64,000 nt of DNA from an uncultured Chloroflexia bacterium (GCA_963734535.1 CAVTHS010000008.1:32001-96000); one strand, 5' to 3'. Shown: positions 40,443-50,670, numbered from the stretch's first letter. Made by a program: numbers and translations. Notes: generated by a model from the sequence alone, not told the origin.

Positions 40443-41414
40443 ATGCCAGGCCCAGCGCTTGCCCACCTGCCGACCCGCCTCGAGCCGGCCGATCGCCTCG
40501 GGGCGGCGCTCGGACTTCCGCCAGGGCGCCTCTGGGTCAAGCGCGACGACTGCACCGGGCTCGCCACCGGTGGAAACAAGGCGCGAAAGCTGGAGCTCCT
40601 GGTCGCTGACGCCCGCGCCCGCGGCTGCGATGTTCTCGTCACAGCGGGCGGGCCGCAGAGCAACCACGCCCGCATGACGGCGGCCGCGGCGGCCCGGTCC
40701 GGCATGGGCTGCGTCCTCGTGTTCAACAGCGACCGACCGGGGCGGACGGAATCGAACCAGGTTCTCGCAGTCCTCTTCGACGCCGAGCGTCGCTTCCTCG
40801 GGCCGCTCGCGATGGAAGAGCTCGATGCTGCCGTGGAGCGCGTCGCGGTCGAGCTGCGCGACGACGGCCGCCGGCCGTACGTGATCCCGATCGGGGGATC
40901 GTCGCCGCTCGGCGCATCGGCGTATGCCGCGGCCGCCGAGGAGATCCTCGCCGACCTCGGCCACGACGATCTCCTGGTGATCACCGCCACGGGAACCGGT
41001 GGGACCCAGGCGGGGCTGGCGGCACGGCTCGGTCACGAACGGGTGCTCGGCATCGACGTGGGCGCCCTCGTCGACCCGGTGGCCGCGGTCCGGCGCCTGG
41101 CGATCGAGGTGGCAGCGCTCCGCCACCTGCCCGCGCCGGTCGGCGAGCCCCGAGTCGGCCGGGACCAGATCGGTGCCGGGTACGGTGCCGTGACCGATGG
41201 GTGCCTCGGAGCGATCCGGCTCGCGGCTCGCACCGAGGCACTGCTGCTCGACCCGGTCTACTCGGGCAAGGCGATGGCGGGGCTGATGGCCCTGCCGCGG
41301 TCCGAGCTGCGCGCCACCGCCATCGTCTTCCTGGCGACTGGCGGCGTGCCGGCCCTCTTCGAGTCCAGGTTCGCCGACTCGCTCGTCACGCCGGCGCGAG
41401 CGACAACCCCCTGA
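40443..41414 (+). CDS. D-cysteine desulfhydrase/ACC deaminase family PLP enzyme
   Basis: VKRDD, GGNKARKLE, QSNHAR, PIGGS, GTGGT, LDPVYSGK, LATGG. Confidence 0.9.
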   Translation: MPGPALAHLPTRLEPADRLGAALGLPPGRLWVKRDDCTGLATGGNKARKLELLVADARARGCDVLVTAGGPQSNHARMTAAAAARSGMGCVLVFNSDRPGRTESNQVLAVLFDAERRFLGPLAMEELDAAVERVAVELRDDGRRPYVIPIGGSSPLGASAYAAAAEEILADLGHDDLLVITATGTGGTQAGLAARLGHERVLGIDVGALVDPVAAVRRLAIEVAALRHLPAPVGEPRVGRDQIGAGYGAVTDGCLGAIRLAARTEALLLDPVYSGKAMAGLMALPRSELRATAIVFLATGGVPALFESRFADSLVTPARATTP

Positions 41415-41530
41415 CGTTCTCAGGCCCCGATAGGACGATTGGCGAGGCGAAAGGGCCCGGCGCGAGCGATACCCTCGCCGTGCCGAGCGTCCCGGCGTCG
41501 TTCGTCCACGCGCACAGCCAGGGAGCACGC

Positions 41531-43825
41531 ATGCCGGGCCGATTCTGCGAACGGTGCGGGGGGCCGCTCGGTCTCGAAGCGCACTACTGCCCGACGTGCG
41601 GGGCAGCAACGATTGGGCCTCCCATCCAGCCTGTCCGCCAGCAGGTCCCGGGCTGGCCGGTGCCCCCGGTATCCCCGGCGCCTGACGTGTCCCCACCGCC
41701 ACCGGTGTACCCGGCTGCCCAGGCGCCGACCGGTTGGCCGCTACCCCCGACCGTCCCGGTGACGACCGGCTGGGCGAGTCCCCCACCGAGGCGCCGGAAG
41801 CGCGGCAAGGGAGGCCTCGTCCTGCTGACGCTCGTCGTCGTGGCACTCGTCGGCGTCGCGCTCGCCGCGGGATCCCCGCCGGGACCCGGGGCGAGCCCAT
41901 CAGCGGGCGAGGCGGCGATCGGCGGCCTGGTCGGCGAGCGCCCGATCATCACGCCGGGACCGAACCTGGGCGATGCGTGGACGACCGCCCCGGATCCGGC
42001 CAGCTTCATCACGATCGAGGGCGACAACCGGGTCGCCTCCGACCAGTACCTCGTCATGTTCGGCGACGGGGCCACCGCGAGCGCGGCGGAAGCCGCGGCG
42101 AAGGCGGTCGACGGCACGATCATCGGCCACTTCGCCTACCTCGACACCTGGAAGATCGGGACGGCGTACGCGGCCGCGGATGCGGAGACCTGGAACAACC
42201 AGCGGGCCATCCTCGAGGAACAGCCCGGCGTGGTCGTCGTGGCCCCGGTCGGGCTCATCGCTCCCGATGCCGCCCCCGACTGCGGGCCGGGCCTGTCCGG
42301 CGATGTCTACGCCGGGGCTGCCGCGAAGCCCTACGACCTGATCGGGGTCAAGGCAGCCTGGGACGCCTACTACGCCTCGGGGCTGCCGAAGCACAGCGTG
42401 CATCTCGGGATGACGGACACGGTCCTCACCAGGCGCCCGGCGGGCAAGGACATCAACTGGGAGTTCGACGACGTCACGTTCGTCGACGATCCCGCAACGA
42501 CGACGAACCTGCGGGAACCGACGAAGGCCGACCCCAGAACCGACGGCTTCCACCACGCGGACGGCACCCTCGGGATCATCGCGGCCGACGGTGGCGACGG
42601 CGGGATCGTGGGGGTGGCGAGCCCGCTCGGGTCCGGGCTCGTGGTGAGCTACGCCGAGCTCGGCGGGGGCGTCCAGGAAGGCGCGGCCAAGACCTGGAAA
42701 TCCGACGACGGCACGTCGTATGCCGATGCGGAGCTCCTCAACACGATGCACCAGATCGAGTCGGGAGCCACGATCATCACCGGCAGCTGGGGAGGCAATG
42801 CCAGCGCGACGGTGGCCAGCGACGCTCCCATGTGGAAGAAGTTCTTCGCGAAGATGGCCGTGGACCACCCCGACGTCCTCTTCGTCTTCTCGGCCGGCAA
42901 CAAGCACCAGGCCCTCGACGGGACGAACCACTGGCCGGGCGGCATCCCCTCGCCCAACGTGATCTCGGTCGGCAACGTCAACACGGACGGCACTCGGAAC
43001 TGGTCGAGCAACGGGATCGACCCGACGGTGACCGGCGGCGAGGCTACCCTCGGCGCACCTGGCGACAAGTCGGTCTGGGGGACCGGCGCCGACGGGGCGG
43101 TCCAGGCCTCGGACGGGGGCACGAGCTCGGCCGCCCCGATGGTCACCGCGACCGCAGCACTCGTGCGGGCGATCGACCCGAGCCTGACGGCGGCCGAGAT
43201 CAAGGACCTCATCTCGGGCTCGGCTGCCAGCGGGGACAAGCAGGTCGGCGGTCGGATCCTGCGGACCGACCTCGCCGTTCGCAAGGCCATCGACGGCGCG
43301 CGGGCGAAGGCGAGCCTGCCACCGCTCACCGACGAGATGATCGCCGCAGCCACGAAGTCATGCTCGATCACCGTCAGCGGCTCGATCACCGAGCGGCTCG
43401 AGAACCCGGCCGGGGCGACCGATTGGTCGGTCGCTGCCTATGTGTCGACGATGGCCGGACCGACGGCGCTGAGCCTCGTCGCCGGCGGCGCCCGCCCGGC
43501 GGACTGGAAGCAGCCGGTGGAGCGGCCCGGGGTCTCGGCGACCTGGAAGGTGCTGGCGCCCAAGGCTGGGGTCCGCATCGTGGTGACCCGCCTCGACAAC
43601 GGGTTCTGGGTCACCTACACCCTGCGCGACGACGGCCGCCCGACGGCCTCGCCAACGCCGGAGCCGAAGGCCAGCCCGAAGGCGACGCCCAGGCCGACCG
43701 CCCGCCCCAAGCCCACGCCGACGACGGCGGGCGTCGCCTGCAAGGACCCACCTCCCGGGGTCCTGCCGGGCACGCTCGCCTACGTCCAGTGGAGCCTGAT
43801 GTGCGGAGGGCCGATCGCCCCATGA
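41531..43825 (+). CDS. Membrane-anchored S8 (subtilase) serine protease with N-terminal zinc ribbon
   Basis: CERCG..CPTCG, Pro-rich linker, TM helix, LGMTDT (Asp), FHHADGTLGII (His), SAGN, GGTSSAAPMV (Ser). Confidence 0.85.
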   Translation: MPGRFCERCGGPLGLEAHYCPTCGAATIGPPIQPVRQQVPGWPVPPVSPAPDVSPPPPVYPAAQAPTGWPLPPTVPVTTGWASPPPRRRKRGKGGLVLLTLVVVALVGVALAAGSPPGPGASPSAGEAAIGGLVGERPIITPGPNLGDAWTTAPDPASFITIEGDNRVASDQYLVMFGDGATASAAEAAAKAVDGTIIGHFAYLDTWKIGTAYAAADAETWNNQRAILEEQPGVVVVAPVGLIAPDAAPDCGPGLSGDVYAGAAAKPYDLIGVKAAWDAYYASGLPKHSVHLGMTDTVLTRRPAGKDINWEFDDVTFVDDPATTTNLREPTKADPRTDGFHHADGTLGIIAADGGDGGIVGVASPLGSGLVVSYAELGGGVQEGAAKTWKSDDGTSYADAELLNTMHQIESGATIITGSWGGNASATVASDAPMWKKFFAKMAVDHPDVLFVFSAGNKHQALDGTNHWPGGIPSPNVISVGNVNTDGTRNWSSNGIDPTVTGGEATLGAPGDKSVWGTGADGAVQASDGGTSSAAPMVTATAALVRAIDPSLTAAEIKDLISGSAASGDKQVGGRILRTDLAVRKAIDGARAKASLPPLTDEMIAAATKSCSITVSGSITERLENPAGATDWSVAAYVSTMAGPTALSLVAGGARPADWKQPVERPGVSATWKVLAPKAGVRIVVTRLDNGFWVTYTLRDDGRPTASPTPEPKASPKATPRPTARPKPTPTTAGVACKDPPPGVLPGTLAYVQWSLMCGGPIAP

Positions 43826-44115
43826 ACCGTCCGACCCGCCTCGGCCTCGGCATCGTCTCGTTCGGCATCTACCTCACTGGGCTCGCCGTTGCCGGGATGG
43901 CGGTGTTCCTGGCGTTGGTGATCGGCCCGTTCGACGGCTTCGCCGCCGGGATGATCGCCGTCCCGGGGGCGATCGGGATGGCAGGCGGCGCGGGGGTCGT
44001 CCGGGCGGCGGGTCCCTCCCGTCGCCGCGCGGCGATCTTCGGGCTCATCCTCGGCGTCGCCTGGATCGCGGCGGCCGTCTGGATCGTCAGCGTCTTCGCC
44101 TCAATCGGGCGCTGA
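43822..44115 (+). CDS. Small 3-TM membrane protein coupled to the protease gene
   Basis: ATGA overlap; three hydrophobic segments. Confidence 0.7.
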   Translation: MNRPTRLGLGIVSFGIYLTGLAVAGMAVFLALVIGPFDGFAAGMIAVPGAIGMAGGAGVVRAAGPSRRRAAIFGLILGVAWIAAAVWIVSVFASIGR

Positions 44116-44215
44116 GCCGCGCTTCCGGCTCGCTGCCTCGGGAGACGGCGATCCCCGGACGCTTGATGGTCGGATCGCGGATCACGAGCCGTCTGGACTC
44201 CGCCCGTCCGTCGAA

Positions 44216-44272
44216 CTTGGCATCCTGCCAAGCTTACTTGACATATTTCGCCGGCTGGCTCACCGTTGTGGC
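44216..44272 (+). promoter_or_regulatory. sigma70-type promoter with overlapping palindromic operator; probably leaderless XRE transcript
   Basis: CTTGGCA-TCC-TGCCAAG (44216-44232) and TGCCAAG-CTTA-CTTGACA; TTGACA 44238-44243, 17-bp spacer, CACCGT 44261-44266, ATG 6 nt later. Confidence 0.65.
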
Positions 44273-44497
44273 ATGGCGACACGACCCGACGCCCGGCTCC
44301 TGAACCGCCTCCGGGTCGCTCGTGCCGAGCGCGATCTCTCGCAGGATCAGCTTGCACGGACAGCCGGAGTCAGCCGGCAGACGATCAGCTCGATCGAGAC
44401 CGGCCAGTACTGCCCGTCGACCCTCCTGGCCTTTCGCCTTGCCCGCGTGCTGGGGGCTCCCATCGACGGGCTCTTCTGGCTCGAAGGAGAAACCTGA
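44273..44497 (+). CDS. XRE family HTH transcriptional regulator
   Basis: NRLRVARAERDLSQDQLA..GVSRQTISSIETGQYCPS.LA. Confidence 0.93.
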   Translation: MATRPDARLLNRLRVARAERDLSQDQLARTAGVSRQTISSIETGQYCPSTLLAFRLARVLGAPIDGLFWLEGET

Positions 44498-44802
44498 TGG
44501 ATCGCCTGGTTCCCCGAGACGAGCGGGAAGCGAGCATCGACCACGCGGCGGACCGCCTGTCGTACCTGGTGCTCTCGTTCGGGCTTCTCGCGATCGTCGC
44601 GTATCGGAGCCTGGTGGACCGCCAGGCATCCTGGGATCTCCTCGGCCTCGTGCTGCTCGGCGGGCTCGTCGGCACCGCCTATCGCGTCCGGCGTCGGGTC
44701 GTCTCTCGTCGCTGGCAGCTGGCTGCCCTTGGCACGGTCGCCGTGGCGCTCGCGGTCGCGGCGATCATCGCGTTCGCGGCACGTGCCCAGGGCTTGGGCT
44801 GA
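44497..44802 (+). CDS. Small membrane protein (DUF2178/DUF6442-like)
   Basis: RDERE motif followed by 3 TM segments; TGATG coupling to the XRE gene. Confidence 0.75.
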   Translation: MDRLVPRDEREASIDHAADRLSYLVLSFGLLAIVAYRSLVDRQASWDLLGLVLLGGLVGTAYRVRRRVVSRRWQLAALGTVAVALAVAAIIAFAARAQGLG

Positions 44803-44896
44803 ACCCCCATCCCGGACGGGAGCGCCTCGACGGCGGCGGGCGCGGCCACGCCTGGCCCCGGGTCTCGCCGCGGGTCGAACCGACCCGAGGAAAGCG

Positions 44897-45346
44897 TCAG
44901 CGAGTCCGCCCTTCGCGAAGCGCGTCGATCGACCTGGCGATCCGGCGCTGCCTTGTCTCGTCGGTCTTCGCGCCGGCGATCGACAGGACGTGCCAGGACT
45001 TGTTGCTGTACGAGAGCCCATCGAACGTCGCACGCGCCTTCTGATCCTCGTCGAGGGCGGCCGCGAAGTCGGCCGGAACCGTCACCGTTCGCGCCGCCGT
45101 GTCGAGCTCGAGCTCGACGTCCACCTCGTCGCCCGCGGCGACCCCCGCGCCCGCGCGGTGCTCCGAGCTCACGCCGATCAGCGACTCGCCACCCATCACG
45201 GCAACCGTGCTCCTGTACGTGTAGCCGTTGATGGTCACGAGGACCGGCGGCCGCTTGCCGGACCCGAGCGCCTCGACGATCTCGGGAGGGACACGCATTC
45301 CCGTGGCTGTCGTCCCGTTCAGATCGACCGTGGTGCGAAATCGCAT
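44897..45346 (-). CDS. DUF1905 + YdeI/OmpD-associated family protein
   Basis: KRPPVLVTINGYTYRST, VPADFAAAL, FDGLSYS, AKTDETRQRR. Confidence 0.9.
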   Translation of the reverse strand: MRFRTTVDLNGTTATGMRVPPEIVEALGSGKRPPVLVTINGYTYRSTVAVMGGESLIGVSSEHRAGAGVAAGDEVDVELELDTAARTVTVPADFAAALDEDQKARATFDGLSYSNKSWHVLSIAGAKTDETRQRRIARSIDALREGRTR

Positions 45347-45364
45347 GACTCCCCCCAGCAGGCT

Positions 45365-45682
45365 TCAGGCGTCCTTGAGCTTCAGCAGACCATAGGGGCG
45401 AACCAGGAAGGTTGCCCACGTGCCGGAGGTCCAATACACGTCGGTCTCCGCGAGCTCGCGTGCCGCGGCCTCGTCGGCGACCCGCACCACGATGAAGGCT
45501 GACTCGACATTACCGAGGGCCCCAGCCACGACCACGACCCCCTCGCGCATCAGCTGCGCGAGCCTGGCGAGGTGGGCGTGGCGGACGGGCCGCCGCCGAT
45601 TCTCCCCGTCGGGCCTGAATTGCGCCTCGATCGCCCAGACGTGCTCGAACTCGACTCCCTCCGGGATCTCTCCGTCGTTCAT
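45365..45682 (-). CDS. YciI family protein
   Basis: RRPVRHAHL, VVAGAL, DVYW..G.W...VRPY; GGAGG RBS. Confidence 0.8.
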   Translation of the reverse strand: MNDGEIPEGVEFEHVWAIEAQFRPDGENRRRPVRHAHLARLAQLMREGVVVVAGALGNVESAFIVVRVADEAAARELAETDVYWTSGTWATFLVRPYGLLKLKDA

Positions 45683-45804
45683 CGACTGCCTCCGGTCCTG
45701 CTGCGCGCGCCCGCCGTCCGCGGCGCGGACGTTACCTGGAAGCGTAGCGCCGGCCCCGGTGGCTGGCAGGCGGGTGGATCCCGACCGGAGCCCGCCGCTG
45801 CCGC

Positions 45805-46041
45805 TCAGCCGAACCAGGTCTGGATGTCCACCGGGCTGGCCGTCGGGCCCTTGATGAGGGCCAGGACCGCCTCGATGGGGAGGCTGGTGCGCCGCGCGAC
45901 GAGGCGGGCAATCCGCTCCGGATCGCACCCACAGCGGCTCAGGGCGCGCCGATCGAGGCGTGGCCAGATGCTGAGCGCTCGCAGGTTGTATCGGCACGCT
46001 GTGTCACCGCCGGGATCGACCCGACGTGGCCGACTGTCCAT
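45805..46041 (-). CDS. Small hypothetical protein
   Basis: WPRLDRRALSRCGCDPERIARLVARRTSLP; helical, coding-like; no family recognised. Confidence 0.45.
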   Translation of the reverse strand: MDSRPRRVDPGGDTACRYNLRALSIWPRLDRRALSRCGCDPERIARLVARRTSLPIEAVLALIKGPTASPVDIQTWFG

Positions 46042-46170
46042 GGCAGGCCCTCCGCCAGATGAAGATCCGAGATGAGGCCGTGACCGGGACCCGGACCCGC
46101 CGATGGGGGCCGCAGACTAGCACGCAGTCGCGAGCTTGCCAACACCCGGAGGAACCGGCCCGGGGTGCGC

Positions 46171-46821
46171 TCACCTCCGGCGGTCGAGCGCCTCGCGCTG
46201 GACGGCGAGCATCGTCAGGGCATCGGAGATTCGCCCGTCGAGGGTCATCGCCAGGGCCTCGTCGAAGGTCACCCACCGGGTCTGCAGCTCCTCCGTCCCC
46301 TCGGGCGCGGCCGCGCCTCCCCGAAGGTCCGTCGCGACGAAGAAGACGGCAAGCTCGTCGGTCACCGAGTTCGAGAGCGCAGCGCGGCCGAGCTCCCGCC
46401 AGGTGCCCGCCCGGTAGCCCGTCTCCTCGACCAGCTCCCGTCGGGCCGCGTCGATCTCGGACTCGTTCGGGCCCCCGCCGCCCTCCGGGATCTCCCACGA
46501 GTAGGCGTCGAGCGGGTACCGATGCTGGCCCACGAGGAGGACTCGATCACGCTCGTCGATCGCGAGGACCCCGATCGCCCGGTTGGCGAAGTGCACGACG
46601 CCGTAGATCCCGGGCGCCCCGTCGGGCCGGATGACCTCGTCGTGCCAGACGGTCAGCCAGGGGTTCGCGTATGCGACCCGGCGATCCAGGCGTCGCCAGG
46701 GACTGTCACCCGCCGCGGGCTGCACGACGTCGTGGCTCGGCCGCGTGCCGACTTCGATCGAGCTCCCGCCGTGGTCGCCCACCGAATCCGGCGCGACCTC
46801 CGATCGTGGTTCGCGTGGCAT
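46171..46821 (-). CDS. NUDIX hydrolase (ADP-ribose pyrophosphatase-like)
   Basis: QHRYP, WEIPEGG...AARRELVEETG Nudix box. Confidence 0.9.
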   Translation of the reverse strand: MPREPRSEVAPDSVGDHGGSSIEVGTRPSHDVVQPAAGDSPWRRLDRRVAYANPWLTVWHDEVIRPDGAPGIYGVVHFANRAIGVLAIDERDRVLLVGQHRYPLDAYSWEIPEGGGGPNESEIDAARRELVEETGYRAGTWRELGRAALSNSVTDELAVFFVATDLRGGAAAPEGTEELQTRWVTFDEALAMTLDGRISDALTMLAVQREALDRRR

Positions 46822-46909
46822 GGACACCCGGCCATCGTAGCCGGCAACCTCCGCGGCGGCCGATCTCCCGCACGTCGAGCCTCGTCGGATCGCCGTGACG
46901 CCCGGTACG

Positions 46910-48061
46910 ATGGAGCGCGTGGACAACGCGGCGGCGATCCTCGAGATCGGAGTCGTCCTGCTCGCTGCCGCCGCGCTGGGGGCCGCGGCGCGGCGGTTCG
47001 GCCTGCCCGCGGTCGTCGGCTACCTCGTGCTCGGGATCGCCGTTTCCCCGTTCACGCCGGGCTACGTCGCAGATCGCCACCAGATCGAGCTCCTGGCGGA
47101 CGTCGGCGTGGTCCTCCTCCTCTTCGAGGTCGGCATCGAGGTCGATCTCCTCCGGCTTCGACGCGAGCAGGCCGGGCTCCTGTGGGCGGCCCCGGCCCAG
47201 GTTGGGCTGACCACGGCGATCGCCGGCGGGGCGATCTGGGCTGCCGGGATCGCCCCGCTGCCGGCCGCGGTCCTGGGGCTGTGCATCGCGCTTTCGTCAT
47301 CGGTCGTCATCGTGAACATCACGCGCAGCCGTCGCCGCACCACCGACCCGGCGACCGAGGCGGCGCTTCTCGGCTGGAGCGTCCTGCAGGACGTGACCGG
47401 CGTCGCGGCCGCGTCGATCCTCCTCGCGGCGCTCGGCACGGGAGGGCGCCCGCTGCCGGTCGCGCTGGCCGGCCTCCTTGCGTTCGCCGCGGTCGCGATC
47501 GGGACGGCGTGGCTCCTGCCGCGCATGCTCCACCCGCTGCACGACCAGCATGACCTGTTCCTCGTCGTCTCCGTCGCGTCCGGGCTGGTCCTCGCCGGGC
47601 TCGGCGCGGTCGGCTTCGGCGTGCCCCTCGCGCTGGCCGCGTTCGTGGCGGGCCTCGCGATCGCGGAGGGTCCCACCACGGCCGAGGTGCGGCAACGGTT
47701 GCTGCCCTTCCGGGATGTCTTCGCGGTCCTCTTCTTCGTCGCCATCGGCATGCTGATCGATCCGCGCCAGCTCGCAGACGGAGTGTCCTGGCTCCTGTTC
47801 TTCCTGGCGCTCATCGCGATCACGAAGGTGGGGCTGAGCTATGCCCTGGCGCGAGCCGCACGGCTTCCCGGCCGGGCACTCCAGGTGGCGGTCGGGCTCG
47901 GCCAGGTCGGCGAGTTCAGCTTCGTGCTCGGCTCGGTCCTGCTCGCGGCGAAGGCGATCGACCTGCCTGTCTATGTCGCGCTGGTGGCCGCCGTCGCGAT
48001 CTCGATCGCGGTCAGTGCGGTTGTCGTGCGACTCGTCGTCAGGCGGCCCGTCGCCGCGTAA
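46910..48061 (+). CDS. Cation:proton antiporter (CPA2)
   Basis: VGYLVLG, GVVLLLFEVG, SSSV, VLQD, PFRDVFAVLFFVAIG, QVGEFSFV. Confidence 0.92.
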   Translation: MERVDNAAAILEIGVVLLAAAALGAAARRFGLPAVVGYLVLGIAVSPFTPGYVADRHQIELLADVGVVLLLFEVGIEVDLLRLRREQAGLLWAAPAQVGLTTAIAGGAIWAAGIAPLPAAVLGLCIALSSSVVIVNITRSRRRTTDPATEAALLGWSVLQDVTGVAAASILLAALGTGGRPLPVALAGLLAFAAVAIGTAWLLPRMLHPLHDQHDLFLVVSVASGLVLAGLGAVGFGVPLALAAFVAGLAIAEGPTTAEVRQRLLPFRDVFAVLFFVAIGMLIDPRQLADGVSWLLFFLALIAITKVGLSYALARAARLPGRALQVAVGLGQVGEFSFVLGSVLLAAKAIDLPVYVALVAAVAISIAVSAVVVRLVVRRPVAA

Positions 48062-48124
48062 CGACCCCATAGCCGCGTGACCGTCGCGGTCAACGCGATC
48101 CGGCAGAGGGTGCGCCCCGCGGCG

Positions 48125-49882
48125 CTACCCGGCGGCGGCCTCGTGGGGCACGGGCGCCTCGGCGGCGGGGACTGGCTCGGGGCCGTGGCGCGTGTCCGGG
48201 AGCAACGCGCTGAAGAGGACGCCGAGGACGACGAACGCGAGCGCCGCGTAGCCGGCCAGGTGCGTCGCCGAGACGAACGCGTCCTCGATCGGAGCCACCA
48301 TGCGCGGCAGAGCGGCCACGAATGCCGGGTCGGCGAAGCAGGCTGCCTGGTCCGGCACGAGCGCCCCCTGCCCGACGAACCCCGCGCCGTCGGCAGCCGA
48401 CGGGTTCCTCAGGGCCGGCAGGATCTGGCCCGCGGATTCGTCGACCAGCGACACGACCAGCTCGCGGCATTGAACCGGGACGTCGGGGAGCGACGCCGCG
48501 AGGTTGTCGCGACTCCCGCCGACGAGCGCGGCGAACAGGACCGTGCCCAGGATCGCGACGCCGAGCGCCGAGCCCACCTGGCGCATCGTCGAGTTCGTGC
48601 CCGACGCAAGGCCGGAGCGGCTCCCCGGGATCTCGGAGAGCACGATGCTCGTCAGCTGGGCCGTCGCGAGACCCACGCCGATGCCGTACACGAAGAGCGG
48701 CGCCGCAAGCAGGAGCCCGCTCGTATCCCGGCCGATCAGGAACGTCGTCACGAGGATGCCCACGGCCTCGAGCGACATCCCGAGGGTGACGGCACGTCGA
48801 GGGCCCCAGCTGCGGGCCACGCTCACGGCGAGCGGCGCCGCCGCGAACGAGCCGAGCGCGAGCGCGAGGAACGCGAGTCCCGTCTCGAAGGCGGTATACC
48901 CGATGACCCCCTGGAGGAAGAGCGGGAGCGCAAACAGGAGGCCGAACTCGCCCAGGCTGACGATCGTGCCGGCGAGGTTCCCGTAGCGGAAGGCCCGAAA
49001 GCCCCACAGCGAGAAGTCGAACAGGAAGAACTTCCCGGCCCGCTGCCGCCGGATCTCGATGATCGTGAAGAGGAGGATCGCGGCGACGCCGACCCCGATC
49101 GCGATCGGGACGATCGAGACCGATGCGAGCGGCCAGTGCCAGTCGAGCACGGCGAACGGGTGGTTCGCGTTTGGCCCCCACCAGCCGTACGTCCGGCCCT
49201 CGATCAGGCCGAACACCACGCCGCCAAGACCGAGCGTGATCAGGATGAACCCGGGCAGGTCGAAGCCCAGCCTGGAATCCTCGTCGCGCGACTCGCGGAT
49301 GTACACCAGCGTCCCGATGACGGCGAGGATGCCCACCGGCAGGTTGAGGAAGAACGCCCACCGCCAGGACAGGTTCGTCGTCAGCCAGCCGCCGAGGAGC
49401 GGCCCGATGGCGGCCATCCCGCCGATCACGGCTCCCCAGATCCCGAAGGCGATCGCGCGGTCCCGTCCCCGGAAGTTGGCGTTGAGGATCGACTGCGTGG
49501 CCGGCAGGATCATGGCCCCGCCCAGGCCCTGGACGAGCCGCGCCGCGATCAGCATCTCGCCGCTGCTCGCCACGCCGGCGACCATCGAGGCCAGCACGAA
49601 CAGGACGAGGCCGGCGAGGTACATGGCGCGGCGTCCCAGCACGTCGCCCATCCGGCCGAGCGTCACCAGGAGCGCGGCGAAGACCAGGGTGTAGATGGCG
49701 TTCACCCACTCCGCCGCCGTCGAGTCGAGCTTGAGGTCGCGGATGATCGAGGGGACCGCCACGTTCACGATCGTCGCGTCGACGATGATCATCGCGACGC
49801 CAAGGCTCAGCATCGCGAGCCCGAGCCACCGGCCCCGGCCCTCCGTGTGCATCGACATCGATTCCGCGGCCTGGTTTGTCAT
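48125..49882 (-). CDS. DHA2-family MFS efflux transporter
   Basis: DATIVNVA.P, GRMGDVLGRR, GPLLGG.L...SWRWAFFLNLP, RQVGSALG. Confidence 0.92.
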   Translation of the reverse strand: MTNQAAESMSMHTEGRGRWLGLAMLSLGVAMIIVDATIVNVAVPSIIRDLKLDSTAAEWVNAIYTLVFAALLVTLGRMGDVLGRRAMYLAGLVLFVLASMVAGVASSGEMLIAARLVQGLGGAMILPATQSILNANFRGRDRAIAFGIWGAVIGGMAAIGPLLGGWLTTNLSWRWAFFLNLPVGILAVIGTLVYIRESRDEDSRLGFDLPGFILITLGLGGVVFGLIEGRTYGWWGPNANHPFAVLDWHWPLASVSIVPIAIGVGVAAILLFTIIEIRRQRAGKFFLFDFSLWGFRAFRYGNLAGTIVSLGEFGLLFALPLFLQGVIGYTAFETGLAFLALALGSFAAAPLAVSVARSWGPRRAVTLGMSLEAVGILVTTFLIGRDTSGLLLAAPLFVYGIGVGLATAQLTSIVLSEIPGSRSGLASGTNSTMRQVGSALGVAILGTVLFAALVGGSRDNLAASLPDVPVQCRELVVSLVDESAGQILPALRNPSAADGAGFVGQGALVPDQAACFADPAFVAALPRMVAPIEDAFVSATHLAGYAALAFVVLGVLFSALLPDTRHGPEPVPAAEAPVPHEAAAG

Positions 49883-50106
49883 CCCGTGGTGCTCCCGAGC
49901 TCCCGGCATCCGGTCGGCACATTCGAGGATTCGCCTCGCGCGCAGATGGCTCCGCGCGACGAGATGGTTCGTCTCGTGCCGATGGTTGCTTTACACAATG
50001 GTTTCTCGCCGATGATACATCGGAGGGTCCGGGCCCGCACGGGACCGACCGGCAGGAGCCCGAGCCGGGACGCCGAGTGGCCCGGCCGCCGCTTCCGTGC
50101 CCGCGC

Positions 50107-50667
50107 TCAGGGGTTCAGTCGGGCACGAGGCAGCTCATCGACGGCGCGACGCAGGAAGGTCCGCACGGCGGCCCGACCCACGGGATCGAGCGGGGCAAGC
50201 GCACGCTCGATCGCCTCTGCGCGCCACAGGTAGGCGCGGTCGACGATGGCGCTGGCCTCCGGCGTGAGGGACACGTGGACGATTCGGCGATCCGTCCGGT
50301 CGGGCATGCGCTCCACCATCGCGGATTCCTCGAGCTCGGAAACGACGCGGCTCGCCCAGCCGATCGAGATGCCGAGGCCATCTGCCAGCTCGCCGATGGT
50401 TCGGGTTCCGTGGCGCCCGATGTGCATCGCCGCGCGGATCGCGTGGGCCGATACCGGCGGGCGCGAACGGGACTGGCCCCGGTGCGGCCTCAATTCGGCA
50501 CCGTGCACGTCCGGCTCGACGCCATGCACGTCGGGCCGCCCACCCGGGGCATCCGGCTCCGTGCCCGGATCGACGTCGCGGGTCGCGTACACGACGTGAA
50601 TCAACTCGACCAGCAGCCGTCCGACATCGATTGCATCGTCGGATGGCGTGTCGCCCTCGGTGGCCAT
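50107..50667 (-). CDS. MarR family transcriptional regulator
   Basis: TIGELADGLGIS..WASRVVSELE...DRTDRRIVHVSLT. Confidence 0.88.
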   Translation of the reverse strand: MATEGDTPSDDAIDVGRLLVELIHVVYATRDVDPGTEPDAPGGRPDVHGVEPDVHGAELRPHRGQSRSRPPVSAHAIRAAMHIGRHGTRTIGELADGLGISIGWASRVVSELEESAMVERMPDRTDRRIVHVSLTPEASAIVDRAYLWRAEAIERALAPLDPVGRAAVRTFLRRAVDELPRARLNP

Positions 50668-50670
50668 GGG

